A stretch of DNA of 64,000 bases from Lama glama. Its lineage: Eukaryota. Location of the stretch: contig CM052816.1 of the NCBI GenBank assembly GCA_028534125.1, positions 5,272,001-5,336,000 of the forward strand, read 5' to 3'. Positions 62,634 to 64,000 of this stretch are shown here, one piece after another. The translations under genes were made by a program, and so were the position numbers. The notes beneath the pieces were generated by a model. It did no database searches, was not told the origin of the DNA, and worked only from the letters and a program-made list of their open reading frames with translations. Every line of letters begins with the position of its first letter. Positions within the stretch are counted from its first letter, which is position 1.

Positions 62634-64000
62634 AAAAAAGTTTCACTATTGAAGAAAGAAAAAAAATTGGAAAATCGCAGACACAGGCCATCTTCCTCAC
62701 TTCGCAGACAGTGAAACTATGACCCAGAGGAGGGACAGGGTTTGCTGGGTGACTAGTGAGTCAGGGAGAGCAGGGCCCGAGAACCCTCCCTCGGCCCTGG
62801 ATTCCTCAGATCATTTCTCCCCATCAACCCCTGAACCCTCACAGTGTTCCTGCCTGCTCGATCTCACTGCTCTCACTGAAAGAAGCATCGTCTCCTTCAA
62901 GTTTCAAGGTTTCCTCTCATGTGCAGATGGGAAGACACAAAACTCAAGGGGCAATCTGGGCAATGTGGGGGCTCCACACTGAACCCCGGCTTCATCCCAG
63001 ACATGTGTGTGGCGGCAGGGTCTCCAGCATGTAGGAGAGAAGGGGTTGGCATACGCAGGCGGCCTTATGAATGCAAACGTAACTGTCATAGCTGGAGACT
63101 CCTTTACGATTCCACTGAAAGATGAAATGAATTCAACTTCAGAGGCCATGACTGTTCTAAACATCAGAACAAAGGCTTTTGGGAAATGAGGGCTTCCTGA
63201 GTCCTACAGCCAAATGTCTGAGGGTGGCACTCAGGTGCTAGGAGGTAGGGTGGACCTTGGTGTGGATCTAGTTTAAGGCCTGAGTGAGTCTGACCTTGAA
63301 CTTGCTGTGTGACGTCAGAGCTCTCATTTAGCCTTTCTGGGCCTCAATTTCCTCATCTCTGAAATGTGGCTACTACCATGTAGCTGACATCGCTGGATTA
63401 CAGTGAGAGAGGAAACGGGGAACGGTGTTTAGAGTCAGTGTGACGTTCTTGTCACCTCTGCATTTCAAAATGGGAGCAAACCAACTTATTAATGCTGGAG
63501 GTGGAGGGAGGGGATCAGAGATTCTCACTGAAAAAGAAAAGGTAATATACCAAAAAATCAGTTCTTTGACACATAATAGCAGTTGTTGCCTCAAACACAT
63601 CACTTTTCAGCAGGTGCTCGCATAGCCAACAAGCTTTCTGGGCATGCTGAGCCCCACTGTGCCCTTGCCCTTCAACTGCTCACTCTCCAGCTGGCGGGGC
63701 AGGCTCCAGGCCTGGAGTAGGAGGGGCCAGACACTGAGGGTCCACCCTGAAGGCTCAGCTTTCGAGCATCAGGACCCCAGGGAGGGGAGACCAGCCTGGG
63801 CTGGAGCATCAGAGAAGCCTTCTTAGAGGTGGGAGGACCTGATCACCTTGGACTTGGAGGATGAGGAGGATGCTAGGAGGCAGAAAGGAAGGGATGATGA
63901 TGACAGAGGAGGATGTGAGGGTGTAAGGTTGGATGGGAAGGCTGGGCTCTGGGCCTCGCTCTCTTGGCCATGTCGGGTCCTGCCCTGTGAGGGCAGACAC

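Noticed and set aside
39890..64000. GALNT10 exon 4 or an intronic miRNA (human MIR1294 lies in a GALNT10 intron, from memory)
   Set aside because: No ORF with the expected upstream peptide (e.g. IIIPFHNEGWSSLLRT) and no convincing long hairpin seen; upstream exons lie outside the window

Overview
Mammalian genomic DNA, probably camelid judging by vic-1-type tRNA-derived SINEs. The window holds the 3' part of GALNT10 (polypeptide N-acetylgalactosaminyltransferase 10) on the minus strand: eight coding exons (186/184/118/108/222/117/150/159 nt, matching human exons 5-12 as I recall them), all GT-AG and phase-consistent. They encode the DxH catalytic region and the ricin-type lectin domain and are followed by a probable ~4 kb 3'UTR. 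Bases 39890-64000 are part of a large upstream intron. The rest is intronic or flanking DNA rich in L1, L2, MIR, MaLR/ERV LTRs and DNA-transposon relics; nearly all other ORFs in the track look like noise. I see no convincing new protein-coding system. The best second-look items are: an antisense 5S rRNA fragment fused to a truncated L1 within one TSD pair; a solo ERV1-type LTR antisense to GALNT10 with intact TATA and polyA signal; three strong CTCF motifs including a divergent pair around the gene 3' end; several homeobox/E-box-rich non-repeat intronic blocks that could be enhancers (in human the locus neighbours SAP30L and HAND1); and an in-frame alternative splice donor at exon 5. Repeat boundaries and subfamily names are by eye and approximate.
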